Notes: a model not told the origin generated them from the sequence alone. A stretch of 64,000 bases of DNA from an uncultured Azospirillaceae bacterium (GCA_964564675.1 CAZMBI010000006.1:30991-94990); one strand, 5' to 3'. Positions 41,744 to 52,418 are shown, numbered from the stretch's first letter. A program made the numbers and translations.

Positions 41744-43594
41744 TTAGAATACGAGGGGGCGCGGATCATCGGTAAATTTATCATAAATCATTTTATCCGC
41801 CGGCTGATAGCTACCGGACGGGCTGATGATGGAGGCTTTGATAAAAATAATCAGTTCCCGCTTGGTGGTTTGTTTATTGGTGCTTTTGAAGGCGTTGCCG
41901 ATCCAGGGAATGGCACTGGCATAGGGCACGCCTTCATCCGTATTCTGATTGATATCCTCCATCAAACCACCGATCACCATCACGCTGCCGCTGTTTAATT
42001 TCATTACCGAATCCAGCTCGCGCACCTCGACCACCGGCACTTCATTGACAAATTGCTGATCGGCATCCAGATCCTGATTGAGAATGGCCGAACCGGGATC
42101 CTGCACGGTATCCACCTGGCGCGACAGAGTGGGCCGGACATTCAGGGTGACCGTATTTTTATCCAGATTGATCGACGGCAGGATGCTCAGGATAATGCCA
42201 ATCGGCACCGAGCGCCGGGTGGTTTCAACGGAACGGCTGCCTTCCGTGCGCGTGCCGTCCGGTAAGGTTTGATCCGCCTCTTCTTGAATATCCACCTCAA
42301 AGAAAATACGGTTCTCGGCAAAGGTTAACACCGCCTGCTGATTATTAATCGCGTGTAGCCGTGGGCTGGACAGTGTGCGCGACGTTCCAAATTGCTCGGT
42401 TAATTGTACCACTGCATCCAGATTGACGCCGAGATTATTATCCCCCTCAGGGTTGACAGCTCCTACGTTATCAGAGTCAATACCGGGACCAAGCACGGTT
42501 ACAGTAGCGCCATTGGTAGAAGTGGTCGGAAAATTGAGGTTTAAATCGGTATTACCAATAACCGAAGACCAGTCTACCCCGCTTTGATAGCCTTGGTTCA
42601 GTTCAACTTCGACGATTTTTGCTTCAATCAGCACCTGAGCCGATGCATTCCGTTTGAGGTGCTGGAGATAATGCTTGAGCATTTCATGCTGACGCTGGGT
42701 AGCCGACGCCGAAAGCAGACCTGCTTGACGATTGATGATAAAATAACTGCCCGGTATCCCTCCTTGCGTTGGTTGTGCGGATGTCACCGACGAAGCGGCT
42801 TGAAATTGTCCGCCATTTTCTCCTTCTATTGGTTCCATGCCTTCGACAGGCTGTGAATTTAAAATCTGGTTCACGTGCTCTCGCACGGAATCCCAGAAAT
42901 CACTTTCCGTAGTGGACGAAATGGAAGAGGATGAGCCGGTAGACAATCCTTCACCGCCGCCGCCGCTGCTGCCTCCACCACTACCGCCTCCACTGGCGGA
43001 AGAAAGCACATCGGTGGACACACTCACTTCGCTTTGACTGTTGCGCACGATATTGAGGAAATCGAGCGGATAATTTTTCAGGTAGGGTTTGTCCAGCTCA
43101 ATCCGCAAAACCCCATTATGCATTTCATAACGCAGCCCAGTTAAACCCGCGATACGGGCGATGACCTCGTTAAACGGTCGGTTTTTGGCGCTGAACGAGA
43201 TGCCGCCTCGAATGCCCGGACCGAGTTCGATATCGACATCCGCCAGGCGAGCCAACTCAAGCAAGACGTCCTTGATCGGCACATCGTCGGTGACGGAAAC
43301 CGTCACCAATTTCTCACGGCCGACTTCCGGCGGCTTGGGCGCTGCCAGAATCTGCGCCATTTCAGGAATGGGGGGGGCGGAACTGAACGCTTCTGGCGGA
43401 TTTTGTCCATATTCGGACTCTTTGGGCGCCACCATGTTCTGATAATCATCGCGGTTCAATTCCAAATCGCGATCGATAAAATCATAGCTGGCGTCATCAA
43501 ATATGCCGCCCTCCGAGGCGCACGCAGCGACCAGCAGCAAGGCGCCTGCACCGATGATTTTCGTTAGCCGCTGGCGGCATCTGAAGCCGAACAT
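41744..43594 (-). CDS. outer-membrane secretin (MshL/PilQ/GspD family, lipoprotein type)
   Basis: Lipobox LLVAAC, Ser/Gly-rich N-domain insert, QVLIEAKIVEVEL, LSSPRL, VIGGLM, IPWIGNAFK and RELIIFIK. Confidence 0.92.
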   Translation of the reverse strand: MFGFRCRQRLTKIIGAGALLLVAACASEGGIFDDASYDFIDRDLELNRDDYQNMVAPKESEYGQNPPEAFSSAPPIPEMAQILAAPKPPEVGREKLVTVSVTDDVPIKDVLLELARLADVDIELGPGIRGGISFSAKNRPFNEVIARIAGLTGLRYEMHNGVLRIELDKPYLKNYPLDFLNIVRNSQSEVSVSTDVLSSASGGGSGGGSSGGGGEGLSTGSSSSISSTTESDFWDSVREHVNQILNSQPVEGMEPIEGENGGQFQAASSVTSAQPTQGGIPGSYFIINRQAGLLSASATQRQHEMLKHYLQHLKRNASAQVLIEAKIVEVELNQGYQSGVDWSSVIGNTDLNLNFPTTSTNGATVTVLGPGIDSDNVGAVNPEGDNNLGVNLDAVVQLTEQFGTSRTLSSPRLHAINNQQAVLTFAENRIFFEVDIQEEADQTLPDGTRTEGSRSVETTRRSVPIGIILSILPSINLDKNTVTLNVRPTLSRQVDTVQDPGSAILNQDLDADQQFVNEVPVVEVRELDSVMKLNSGSVMVIGGLMEDINQNTDEGVPYASAIPWIGNAFKSTNKQTTKRELIIFIKASIISPSGSYQPADKMIYDKFTDDPRPLVF

Positions 43595-43691
43595 GAAAAC
43601 CCTTCGCAACCACTACCAATAGTATTAACAAAATATATATACCACAATATCATCGAAGCACAATCACGTAGCATGTTATCCACAACAAAGC

Positions 43692-44459
43692 TCACGGCGC
43701 CAACAACCGCGCCCAGTCCGGAAACAGGACGCAAAGCAGCAAGGATACGGCAAGCGCCGGGCCGAACGGGAAATAACTGCCCCGGCCACACAGGCGCCAT
43801 ACCAGCGCGAAGAGGATACCAAGTATACCCGATAACAGCATGAATAGCACAAAGCCGTAGCCGCCAAGCCATAGCCCGGCCACGGCAAAGAATTTGACAT
43901 CGCCCAGCCCCAGCCCCTCTTTATGGCGTAACCAGCGAAAGCCGGCGCGCAGCCCCCACGCCAGGCCGCCGGCAACCCCGGCCATCAGGAGATGCGCCGC
44001 CCACGGCGCCTGCATCACATACAGATAAACAAGCCCAAGGGCGGCCATGGCAACCTGCAGTTCATCGGGCATGAGGTAATGTTCCAGATCAGTCATAATC
44101 AGCGCGATCACGCAGACCAACAGGCCCATCAGGATCAGCGTATGCCAGCTCGGCCCGTGCAACCATAACACGCCGATGAAACTCAGCGCGGTGAGCAGTT
44201 CCAGCGCCGGGTAACGCGGGGAAACAAGCGTATGACAGTAGCGGCACCGCCCGCGGCTTAACAGGTAAGACAGTACCGGTATCAGATCACGCGCCCGCAA
44301 CACGGTGTCACAGTGCGGGCAGCGTGAGGGCGGCGTGACAAAGGAGATATCGCGCGGCAGCCGGTAACTCAGCGCCGAGATAAAGCTTCCGCAGCACAGC
44401 CCGAACAGCACGGTTGCAGGGTAGAGAATTTCCGGAAGCAAAAGCCATTCGAGCTGCAT
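43692..44459 (-). CDS. pilD: type IV prepilin peptidase/N-methyltransferase (A24)
   Basis: GSF...YRLPR, SRCPHC, GRCRYC, DLE, GLGLGDVK and PFGPAL. Confidence 0.93.
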   Translation of the reverse strand: MQLEWLLLPEILYPATVLFGLCCGSFISALSYRLPRDISFVTPPSRCPHCDTVLRARDLIPVLSYLLSRGRCRYCHTLVSPRYPALELLTALSFIGVLWLHGPSWHTLILMGLLVCVIALIMTDLEHYLMPDELQVAMAALGLVYLYVMQAPWAAHLLMAGVAGGLAWGLRAGFRWLRHKEGLGLGDVKFFAVAGLWLGGYGFVLFMLLSGILGILFALVWRLCGRGSYFPFGPALAVSLLLCVLFPDWARLLAP

Positions 44460-44680
44460 AAGGCACCGTCATCATACCGATCCATGCCGGCACGCTGCTT
44501 GAGCATATCCTGTTTTGCGCGGGAGGGAAAACACAAGACCGTATTGTGTATAAGCGACGCAGCAGGCTGAACCGGCATAATTTTGTTGCGTACGGGTTGA
44601 ATCCATGGCAATAACACATACAAAATGTAGTAGGTTAACTACACTAACATAAACAATAACGGCAAGTATAAGACGTGTGT

Positions 44681-45115
44681 ATGATCGCAAAACCCGTGGC
44701 CATCGCCTGTGACCATGCCGGCTATGGCCTGAAACAGTTACTCATCCCGGAAGTGGAAGCGCTTGGCTACACGGTCCTCGATCTGGGCACGGATTCCGAG
44801 CAATCTGTCGATTATCCCGATTTCGGCACGAAAATAGCCGATACCATCCTGCGCGGCGGTGCCGAATATGGTATCATTGTATGCGGCTCGGGGATCGGTA
44901 TTTCCATTGCCGCCAATCGCCATGCGGGCATTCGCGCCGGCGTATGCCATAACGGGCTTTCCGCCGAGCTGGCCCGCCGGCATAACGATGCCAACGTGCT
45001 GGCGCTGGGTGCGCGGCTGATTGGCCCGGATGTTGCCAAAGAATGTGTGCGCCGCTTTTTGTCCACCGCGTTTGAGGGCGGCCGTCACCAAGCCCGAGTC
45101 GATAAACTCGGATAA
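44681..45115 (+). CDS. rpiB: ribose-5-phosphate isomerase B
   Basis: [26 protein letters not shown] and FEGGRH. Confidence 0.96.
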   Translation: MIAKPVAIACDHAGYGLKQLLIPEVEALGYTVLDLGTDSEQSVDYPDFGTKIADTILRGGAEYGIIVCGSGIGISIAANRHAGIRAGVCHNGLSAELARRHNDANVLALGARLIGPDVAKECVRRFLSTAFEGGRHQARVDKLG

Positions 45116-45141
45116 TGCCAGACCAAGAAAAGGAGTCCCTG

Positions 45142-46491
45142 ATGACCGTTGTTGCCATGAAAGATCAACCGCATGCCATTGATGGCTTTTTCACCCGTTC
45201 GGTAGCCGAGACCGACCCCGAACTCAATCGTGCCATTGAACAGGAGTTACGCCGTCAGCGCACCGGCATTGAGCTGATCGCCTCAGAAAATATCGTCAGC
45301 AAGGCCGTGCTGGATGTCCAAGGCTCGGTGCTGACCAACAAATACGCCGAAGGCTATCCCGGCAAGCGCTATTATGGCGGCTGCGAATATGTCGACATCG
45401 CCGAGGAGCTTGCCATCGAACGTGCCAAACAACTGTTTGGCTGTGCCTATGCCAACGTCCAGCCCAACTCCGGATCACAGGCCAACCAGGGTGTGTTCAC
45501 CGCCCTCATCAAGCCGGGTGATACCATTCTCGGCCAGTCGCTGGCCGCCGGCGGGCATTTAACGCACGGTGCGGCCCCCAACCAGTCGGGTAAATGGTTT
45601 AAGGCGGTGCAATATGGCGTGCGTGAAGCCGATGCCCTCATAGATTATGACGAGGTTGAAGCGCTGGCTAAAGAACATAAGCCGCAACTGATCATTGCCG
45701 GGTTTTCCGCCTATCCGCGTGTGATCGACTGGCAGCGCTTCCGCCGCATCGCCGATGAAGTGGGCGCCTGGCTGCTGGTGGATATGGCGCATATCGCCGG
45801 GCTGGTCGCCGCCGGGGTGTATCCCTCGCCGCTGCCACATGCCCATGCTGTCACTACGACCACGCACAAAACACTGCGCGGACCGCGCGGCGGGCTGATT
45901 CTGTCGAACGAGCCAGACACGGTGGTGCGCAAAACCGCCTCAGGTAAGGAGATCACGCTGGGACAGGCGCTGAATTCAGGTATCTTCCCCGGTATCCAGG
46001 GCGGCCCGCTGATGCATGTGATCGCCGCCAAGGCCGTCGCCTTCGGCGAGGCGCTGCAGCCGACCTTCAAAACCTACGGTGCGGCGATTGTGGAAAATGC
46101 GCGCGCGCTGTCTGCCAAACTGCAATCGCGCGGGCTCGATATCGTCTCGGATGGCACCGATAACCATCTGGTGCTGGTCGATTTGCGGCCCAAAGGGCTG
46201 ACCGGCGATATCGCCGAGGCGGCACTCGAGCGCGCCGGGCTGACCTGCAACAAAAACGCCATCCCGTTCGATCCGCAGCCGCCGATGACCACCTCCGGCA
46301 TCCGCCTGGGCACCCCGGCCGGCACCACCCGCGGATTCGGCGTGGCCGAATTTGAGCAGGTCGGAGAGCTGATCTGCGACGTACTGGACGGGCTCGCCAG
46401 CAATGGCAGCGCCAGCAATACATCAGAGGAAGAACGGGTGTTCGCTAAGGTGGAAGCCTTGTGCGCAGAATTTCCGATTTATGAAGGATAA
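45142..46491 (+). CDS. glyA: serine hydroxymethyltransferase
   Basis: [21 protein letters not shown] and [23 protein letters not shown] precedes ATG 45142. Confidence 0.98.
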   Translation: MTVVAMKDQPHAIDGFFTRSVAETDPELNRAIEQELRRQRTGIELIASENIVSKAVLDVQGSVLTNKYAEGYPGKRYYGGCEYVDIAEELAIERAKQLFGCAYANVQPNSGSQANQGVFTALIKPGDTILGQSLAAGGHLTHGAAPNQSGKWFKAVQYGVREADALIDYDEVEALAKEHKPQLIIAGFSAYPRVIDWQRFRRIADEVGAWLLVDMAHIAGLVAAGVYPSPLPHAHAVTTTTHKTLRGPRGGLILSNEPDTVVRKTASGKEITLGQALNSGIFPGIQGGPLMHVIAAKAVAFGEALQPTFKTYGAAIVENARALSAKLQSRGLDIVSDGTDNHLVLVDLRPKGLTGDIAEAALERAGLTCNKNAIPFDPQPPMTTSGIRLGTPAGTTRGFGVAEFEQVGELICDVLDGLASNGSASNTSEEERVFAKVEALCAEFPIYEG

Positions 46492-46562
46492 ACGTGCGAT
46501 GAAACCCCGGTGCCCGTTCGGCGGGCCTTCGGGTGGCGTCAATATCAGGTCAGGGGGAATGC

Positions 46563-47021
46563 ATGCGCTGTCCGTTTTGTGATAATGATGATACGCAGGT
46601 TAAGGATTCGCGGCCCAGCGAAGACGGCTCCACCATTCGCCGACGGCGCTACTGCCCGGCCTGCAACTCCCGTTTTACGACGTTTGAACGCGTGCAGCTG
46701 CGCGAGCTGACCGTGCTTAAATCCAACGGCGAACGCCGCCCCTTCGACCGCGATAAAATCATGCGATCGCTATCCATCGCCTTGCGCAAACGCTCAGTCG
46801 ATGAAGACGTCATTGAAAAAACCGTTAATCGCATTGTGCAGAAACTGGAAAGCCAAGGTGAAAGCGAAGTCAGGACCGAATATATCGGTGAGCTGGTGAT
46901 GGAAGAGCTGATCAATATCGATAAGGTGGCCTATATCCGTTACGCGTCGGTTTACCGGAATTTCCGGGAGGCAAAGGATTTCGAGGACTTTGTCGAACAA
47001 ATGGCCGGCCCGGCCGCATAA
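46563..47021 (+). CDS. nrdR: transcriptional repressor NrdR
   Basis: MRCPFC, IRRRRYC..C..RFTTFER, ATP cone and [10 protein letters not shown]. Confidence 0.97.
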   Translation: MRCPFCDNDDTQVKDSRPSEDGSTIRRRRYCPACNSRFTTFERVQLRELTVLKSNGERRPFDRDKIMRSLSIALRKRSVDEDVIEKTVNRIVQKLESQGESEVRTEYIGELVMEELINIDKVAYIRYASVYRNFREAKDFEDFVEQMAGPAA

Positions 47022-47025
47022 CATG

Positions 47026-47138
47026 CTCGTTGCCGCGCAAGCGGAAATCCGGCGTCGCTCGTCCCATATGCCGGATTCCCGATACCACCTTGTTACTCAA
47101 GGCTTATCCGCTTTCGACTACGTCAGCCCGGAAATAAC
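47026..47138. repeat. degenerate, interrupted REP/RPE-like palindromic element
   Basis: ccgcgcaagcggaaatccggc...gccggattcccg-[~46 nt]-ccggaaataac. Same family as 13522-13591. Confidence 0.6.
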
Positions 47139-47147
47139 ACGCGCACA

Positions 47148-48206
47148 ATGAATAAGCACGAGATGTACAACCACCTTTCCCTCATGCATTACGCCCTGCG
47201 CCTGGCCGAACGCCAACTGGGTCAGGTGTGGCCCAATCCGGCGGTGGGCTGTGTCATCGTGCAGGACGGTGAAATTGTGGGCATCGGCAACACCCAGCCG
47301 GGCGGCAGGCCGCATGCCGAAACCCAGGCACTGGCCATGGCCGGCGAGCGGGCGCGTGGGTCCACGCTATATGTATCGCTTGAGCCGTGCAACCATCACG
47401 GGCAGACCCCGCCTTGCACCGAGGCGATCATCGAAGCCGGCATTAGCCGCGTGCTGATCGCCTGCGCCGACCCGGACCCGCGCGTGGCCGGCAGCGGTAT
47501 GGCGGCGTTGCAGGCTGCGGACATCGAGGTGCGCATCGGCCTCGCTGAAGAGGCGGCGCGCGCGCTGAATGAAGGGTTTTTCCGCCGGATCACGCAGCAG
47601 CGCCCGCTGGTGACCGTGAAACTCGCCACTTCAGCGGACGGGAAAATGGCATACGACAAGCAGTCTCCACCGTTTATAGCTGAGGAGGGACCGCGCTGGA
47701 TAACGGCGGCGCACGCCCGCGCCTATAGCCACCTCCTGCGGGCGCGGCACGATGCGATTCTCACCGGCATCGGCACCGTGCTTGCCGATGACCCGCTGCT
47801 AACCTGCCGCCTGCCGGGGCTTGCGCATCGCTCGCCGGTGCGTGTCGTGCTCGACCGCCAGGGCCGCCTGCCGGCTGAGAGCCGATTAATGCACTCGCGT
47901 GAGATCGCCCCGCTTTGGCCGATGGATGCCAGCGCAGGCGAGCTCCCCGCCGTGCTGACCGAGCTCGCCGGGCGCGGCATTACCCGCCTGCTGGTCGAGG
48001 CCGGGCCAAGCCTAACCACCGCCTTTTTAGCCTCCGGGCTGGTGGACTGGGTCTATTGGTTTGAAGCGCCGCTGGTGATCGGAGATGGTGGATTACGCGC
48101 TTTTACCATCGCCGTGCCGGCTTTTCCTAAGCCGCAGCGTCGGTTTTCGCTTGGCGTGGATAGATGCAGCGTCTATCGAATGAACTCGTTCCCCTTAAAC
48201 GGGTGA
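47148..48206 (+). CDS. ribD: bifunctional riboflavin deaminase/reductase RibD
   Basis: PNPAVGCV, HAE, LEPCNHHGQTPPC and DDPLLTCR. Confidence 0.96.
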   Translation: MNKHEMYNHLSLMHYALRLAERQLGQVWPNPAVGCVIVQDGEIVGIGNTQPGGRPHAETQALAMAGERARGSTLYVSLEPCNHHGQTPPCTEAIIEAGISRVLIACADPDPRVAGSGMAALQAADIEVRIGLAEEAARALNEGFFRRITQQRPLVTVKLATSADGKMAYDKQSPPFIAEEGPRWITAAHARAYSHLLRARHDAILTGIGTVLADDPLLTCRLPGLAHRSPVRVVLDRQGRLPAESRLMHSREIAPLWPMDASAGELPAVLTELAGRGITRLLVEAGPSLTTAFLASGLVDWVYWFEAPLVIGDGGLRAFTIAVPAFPKPQRRFSLGVDRCSVYRMNSFPLNG

Positions 48207-48233
48207 TAGAAAACCAAGAGAAAGACAAAGGCA

Positions 48234-48830
48234 ATGTTTACCGGCATCATTACCGACCTTGGCACCGTCACCGCGCGGCAAACGCAAGGAGAAAACACCG
48301 CGTTTCGCATCGCCACCGGCTATCCTGCCGCCGAGATCCCCCTGGGCGCTTCGATCGCCTGTGACGGCATCTGCCTGACCGTAACGGCAACCGGCGATAA
48401 CTGGTTTGGCGTGACCGCCTCACCCGAAACCCTGAGCCTGACCACCGCCGGCGCTTGGGAGGAGAACAGGCAACTCAACCTCGAGCGCGCGCTGAAAGTG
48501 GGCGATGAGCTGGGCGGTCATCTGGTCACCGGCCATATAGACGGCATGGGCACCGTCCGTTCCATCCGCGAACAGGGTGGCTCCTGGCAACTGGAGGTCA
48601 GCGCGCCGGCTGATTTGCTACCGTTTATCGCGCCCAAGGGCTCGATCGCGCTTGACGGTATCTCGCTGACCGTTAATGCCGTGGCCGATCCGGCATTTGA
48701 GTTGATGATCATCCCCCACACCTGGGCGCATACCACCTTGCAACACAAACACCCAGGCGATACCGTCAACCTGGAAATCGACCTGCTGGCACGCTATATT
48801 TCACGCCAGATGCAATGGAATCGCGCATGA
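48234..48830 (+). CDS. ribE: riboflavin synthase (alpha chain)
   Basis: MFTGII, GASIACDGICLTV, NLERAL and GGHLVTGHID. Confidence 0.96.
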   Translation: MFTGIITDLGTVTARQTQGENTAFRIATGYPAAEIPLGASIACDGICLTVTATGDNWFGVTASPETLSLTTAGAWEENRQLNLERALKVGDELGGHLVTGHIDGMGTVRSIREQGGSWQLEVSAPADLLPFIAPKGSIALDGISLTVNAVADPAFELMIIPHTWAHTTLQHKHPGDTVNLEIDLLARYISRQMQWNRA

Positions 48831-49933
48831 CCGATCGCTCCCATCTCGCCTCGATTGAAACCATTCTGGCGGACGCACGCGCCGGACGCATGTTTATACT
48901 GATCGATGACGAAGACCGCGAGAATGAGGGCGATCTCATCATCCCGGCGGAGAAGGCCACCTCCGACAGCATCAATTTTATGGCCAAGTACGGCCGCGGA
49001 TTGATCTGTCTGGCACTGGCCGAGCAGCGCGTACAGCAATTGCAACTGCCGCTGATGGCCAATAAAAACAGCTCGCGCCACCAGACCGCGTTTACCGTGT
49101 CCATCGAAGCACGCGAAGGCGTGACCACCGGTATTTCTGCTGCCGACCGCGCGCATACCATCGCCACCGCCATCGACCCGCAACTGGGTGCGGACGCGCT
49201 GGCCTCGCCGGGACATGTCTTCCCGCTGATGGCGCGCGACGGCGGGGTGCTGGTACGGGCCGGGCATACCGAAGCGGCGGTGGATGTGGCGCAACTGGCC
49301 GGGCTCAACCCATCGGGCGTCATCTGCGAAATCATGAATGACGACGGCAGCATGGCCCGCCTGCCCGATCTCGTTCCCTTTGCCCGGGAACACGGACTCA
49401 ATATCGCCACCATTGCCGATTTGATCGCCTATCGCCGCAAATCGGAAAAGCTGGTAGAGCGCATCGTTGAAACCCCGTTTCACAGCCGTTTCGCCGGAGA
49501 ATTTGCGCTTTCGATTTATGCCACCACCATTAATTACGCCGAGCATCTGGCACTGGTGAAAGGGGACATTCACACCGAGCGCCCGCCGCTGGTGCGTATG
49601 CATGCCTTCAATATTTTGCAGGATGTGCTGGGCGACGGCGAAGGCGATAAAACCGGCGTCTTGCACGCTGCGATGCAGCAAATCGCCGAAGCTGGCAGCG
49701 GCGTCATAGTGATTATCCGCGAGCCGCGCAAACGCGCCGTCTCGGATATGCTCAAAACCCGCCTCGGCCAGCCGGTGACGCCTGAGCCGCTGCGTGACTA
49801 CGGTATCGGTGCACAGATCTTGCTCGATCTGGGGGTGCGCGAGATGGTCTTGCTCACCAACGCGGCACAGCGTAGTATCATCGGGCTGGAAGGTTATGGC
49901 CTGGAGATTAAAGGATATCAACCCATCGGATAA
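48827..49933 (+). CDS. ribB: DHBP synthase fused to a degenerate GTP cyclohydrolase II domain (RibBX type)
   Basis: DDEDRENEGD, GVTTGISAADR and GHTEA. The C-terminal domain LVRMHAFNILQDVLG lacks the Zn-binding cysteines. Confidence 0.93.
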   Translation: MTDRSHLASIETILADARAGRMFILIDDEDRENEGDLIIPAEKATSDSINFMAKYGRGLICLALAEQRVQQLQLPLMANKNSSRHQTAFTVSIEAREGVTTGISAADRAHTIATAIDPQLGADALASPGHVFPLMARDGGVLVRAGHTEAAVDVAQLAGLNPSGVICEIMNDDGSMARLPDLVPFAREHGLNIATIADLIAYRRKSEKLVERIVETPFHSRFAGEFALSIYATTINYAEHLALVKGDIHTERPPLVRMHAFNILQDVLGDGEGDKTGVLHAAMQQIAEAGSGVIVIIREPRKRAVSDMLKTRLGQPVTPEPLRDYGIGAQILLDLGVREMVLLTNAAQRSIIGLEGYGLEIKGYQPIG

Positions 49934-49936
49934 CTC

Positions 49937-50449
49937 ATGGCACATCTGCTTATTGTCAACGCCGATTATTATCAGGAGATTGCCGCCACCCTCGAGCAGG
50001 GCGCAACCGCCGTACTGGATGCGGGCGGGCATACGCACGAGCGCATCGCGGTGCCCGGCGCATTTGAAATTCCCGGCGCCATCCGCTCGGCAATCGAATC
50101 CGCCCGCTTTGACGGCTATATTGCGCTGGGCTGCGTCATTCGCGGGGAGACATCGCATTATGATTATGTCTGCGGTGAATGCGCCAACGGCCTGCAGCAT
50201 CTGGCCGTGCACTACCATGTCGCCATCGGCTTTGGTGTGCTCACGGTCGATGCCATGGGTCAGGCCCAAACCCGCGCCGACATCCGGCAGGGCAATAAAG
50301 GGGGCGAGGCGGCCGAGGCCTGCCTGCGCATGATCGAGCTGAAAGCGCATTTTGCCCATGCCTACCGGCCAAGCGGCACGCTGTTAACTGGTAAAACGCA
50401 CCTTGAAGGCGAGCACCGCCCGGTGCTTGACGATCATTCCGGGCAGTAA
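49937..50449 (+). CDS. ribH: 6,7-dimethyl-8-ribityllumazine synthase
   Basis: VPGAFEIP, LGCVIRGETSHYD, FGVLT and NKGGEAA. Confidence 0.96.
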   Translation: MAHLLIVNADYYQEIAATLEQGATAVLDAGGHTHERIAVPGAFEIPGAIRSAIESARFDGYIALGCVIRGETSHYDYVCGECANGLQHLAVHYHVAIGFGVLTVDAMGQAQTRADIRQGNKGGEAAEACLRMIELKAHFAHAYRPSGTLLTGKTHLEGEHRPVLDDHSGQ

Positions 50450-50465
50450 CACGAAAAGGCAGCGA

Positions 50466-50969
50466 ATGCATGCATTAACCACCGAATCGCTTCGCCGCAA
50501 ACGCGCCGCCCGTCTGGCCGCCATGCAGGCGCTGTATAACCGTCAGGTCACCGACAGCACGCTGTCAGCCGAGCGGCTGGCCGAACAGGTCAGCAGCCAG
50601 TGGCGCGACGCGCTGGCTGCAAAGGAAGCCGAATGGCCGGGCGACGAACTGCCTGAACAGGCATTGCTCAAGGAAGTGATCACCGGCGTGATGCGCCATG
50701 AGGCCGACATCGACGCCCATATCGGCTCGGTTATCAAGGAGAGCTGGCGGCCGGAGCGTATCAGCCCGGTCATGCGCAATATATTGCGCTGCGCCATTTA
50801 TGAATTGCAGCATCATACGGAACGAAAAGATGCCGTTTTGATCGACGAATACGCCACTATCGCCGCCAGTTTTTTCGACGATTCGGAAATCGGCTTCGTG
50901 CACAGCGCACTGCAGCGACTGGCGCAATCGTTGCGCGCGCCGGATAATATTGCCGAAAAAGATGCATGA
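50466..50969 (+). CDS. nusB: transcription antitermination factor NusB
   Basis: RAARLAAMQALY, ILRCAIYEL and IDEY. Located in the ribH-nusB-thiL order. Confidence 0.92.
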   Translation: MHALTTESLRRKRAARLAAMQALYNRQVTDSTLSAERLAEQVSSQWRDALAAKEAEWPGDELPEQALLKEVITGVMRHEADIDAHIGSVIKESWRPERISPVMRNILRCAIYELQHHTERKDAVLIDEYATIAASFFDDSEIGFVHSALQRLAQSLRAPDNIAEKDA

Positions 50970-51924
50970 ATTTGAGTGGATTGAAACCTATCTGCGGCCA
51001 CTGACAGGGGGGCGAAAAGAGGCGCTCGCCCTGCGTGATGACGCCGCCATCATCAGCTGTGCCCCCGGGCAGGAGCTGGTTGTCACTACCGATACCATCA
51101 ATGAGGCGATTCACTTTTTACGCGACACGCCGGCCGATGCCATCGCCCATAAAGCGCTTGCCACCAACCTGTCGGATCTGGCTGCCAAAGGTGCCACGCC
51201 TTATGCCTATTCGCTGGCGCTGTCACTCACCGAAGCCGAGCATGAGGCATGGCTGGCGGCGTTCTGCGACAGCCTTGCTGCACTGCAACAGGACTATGGT
51301 TGTTTTTTACTGGGCGGCGATATGACACGCAGCCGTGGCGGGCTGTCGATAGCGATCACCGCGCTCGGCTGGGTAGCACCCGACACGGCGCTGCGCCGCA
51401 GCGGGGCGCAGCCGGGCGATATGGTCTATGTCAGCGGCACCATCGGCGATGCGCTGTGCGGCCTGCACCAGTTACAGCACCACCCCAACACCGACCCCAC
51501 CGGATGGTTGACCACACGTTATCAGCGCCCCACCCCGCGCTGTGCGCTTGGCCGGGCGCTGATCGGCACCGCCACCGCCTGTCTGGATATCTCCGACGGT
51601 CTGCTCCAGGACGGTGGACATATTGCGGCATGTTCGCAGGTCGCGCTGGAGCTCGATGCCACGCGTATCCCGATATCTGACCCAGCACGCGCCTACTGCC
51701 GGCAGCATCACCTCCCGCTTGGTGAGTTGTTAGCCGGCGGCGATGATTATGAATTGTTATTTACCGTCCCGGCTGAACAGCATAAAGTCCTGCCGGCTAT
51801 CGCAGCGGAGACCGGCCTTGCACTGACCGCCATCGGCCACGTGGGCGAAGGTGCGGGCATCCGGCTGGTGGATGCGCACGGTCAGCCCATCGCCTATGAC
51901 AAGTCGGGCTGGCAGCATTTTTGA
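50962..51924 (+). CDS. thiL: thiamine-phosphate kinase
   Basis: DDAA, NLSDLAAKGA, GGD, DISDGL and GGDDYELLF. Confidence 0.95.
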   Translation: MHEFEWIETYLRPLTGGRKEALALRDDAAIISCAPGQELVVTTDTINEAIHFLRDTPADAIAHKALATNLSDLAAKGATPYAYSLALSLTEAEHEAWLAAFCDSLAALQQDYGCFLLGGDMTRSRGGLSIAITALGWVAPDTALRRSGAQPGDMVYVSGTIGDALCGLHQLQHHPNTDPTGWLTTRYQRPTPRCALGRALIGTATACLDISDGLLQDGGHIAACSQVALELDATRIPISDPARAYCRQHHLPLGELLAGGDDYELLFTVPAEQHKVLPAIAAETGLALTAIGHVGEGAGIRLVDAHGQPIAYDKSGWQHF

Positions 51925-51930
51925 CGGAGG

Positions 51931-52389
51931 CTAACGCCGCGGGCGGTTGGCATCGACCGTGCGGTCTTTATTGAAACGGCCGATATTGCCGAAGACCTGC
52001 TCAAAAAAGCCCAGACTATGGCCTTCCGTCGGCGTTTCATCGTCGACAATCGCAACTTTGCGCGCATCGCCTTTGCCGTATTGATCAATGGATTTGACCG
52101 TCTGATCAGGATAAAATGTAATTTGCACTACGTCCTGTTTGGTGATTTCCGGTGCGAGGAAAGCCTTGGCTTCCTTGTGCATCTGAATGTAATACCAGGT
52201 TTCATCACCGAAATTGGAGCGGCTCGAGGGCGAGCCAAAACGGTCGCGGATGGCCGACTGGGTAGTTTCGCCGACTCTGACAAAATCAATGATCTTATCG
52301 TCGGCGACATGCCCACGATTATGCACAATCGGCTCGCAGGCCGTCAGCATGAAGGTGATTGATAATATGATAAATAGCCTGACTTGCAT
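51931..52389 (-). CDS. bamE: outer membrane assembly lipoprotein BamE
   Basis: Lipobox LTAC, HNRG, FGSPS and WYYI. Confidence 0.9.
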   Translation of the reverse strand: MQVRLFIILSITFMLTACEPIVHNRGHVADDKIIDFVRVGETTQSAIRDRFGSPSSRSNFGDETWYYIQMHKEAKAFLAPEITKQDVVQITFYPDQTVKSIDQYGKGDARKVAIVDDETPTEGHSLGFFEQVFGNIGRFNKDRTVDANRPRR

Positions 52390-52418
52390 GTTGCATCCGT
52401 TAGCGTATAACTGGTGAC

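Noticed and set aside
44369-44690. Small ORFs between pilD and rpiB
   Set aside because: They overlap flanking genes and have no motif; this is more likely a divergent promoter region.
47022-47147. Possible FMN riboswitch before ribD
   Set aside because: It lacks RFN consensus blocks; the structure is explained by the REP-like element.
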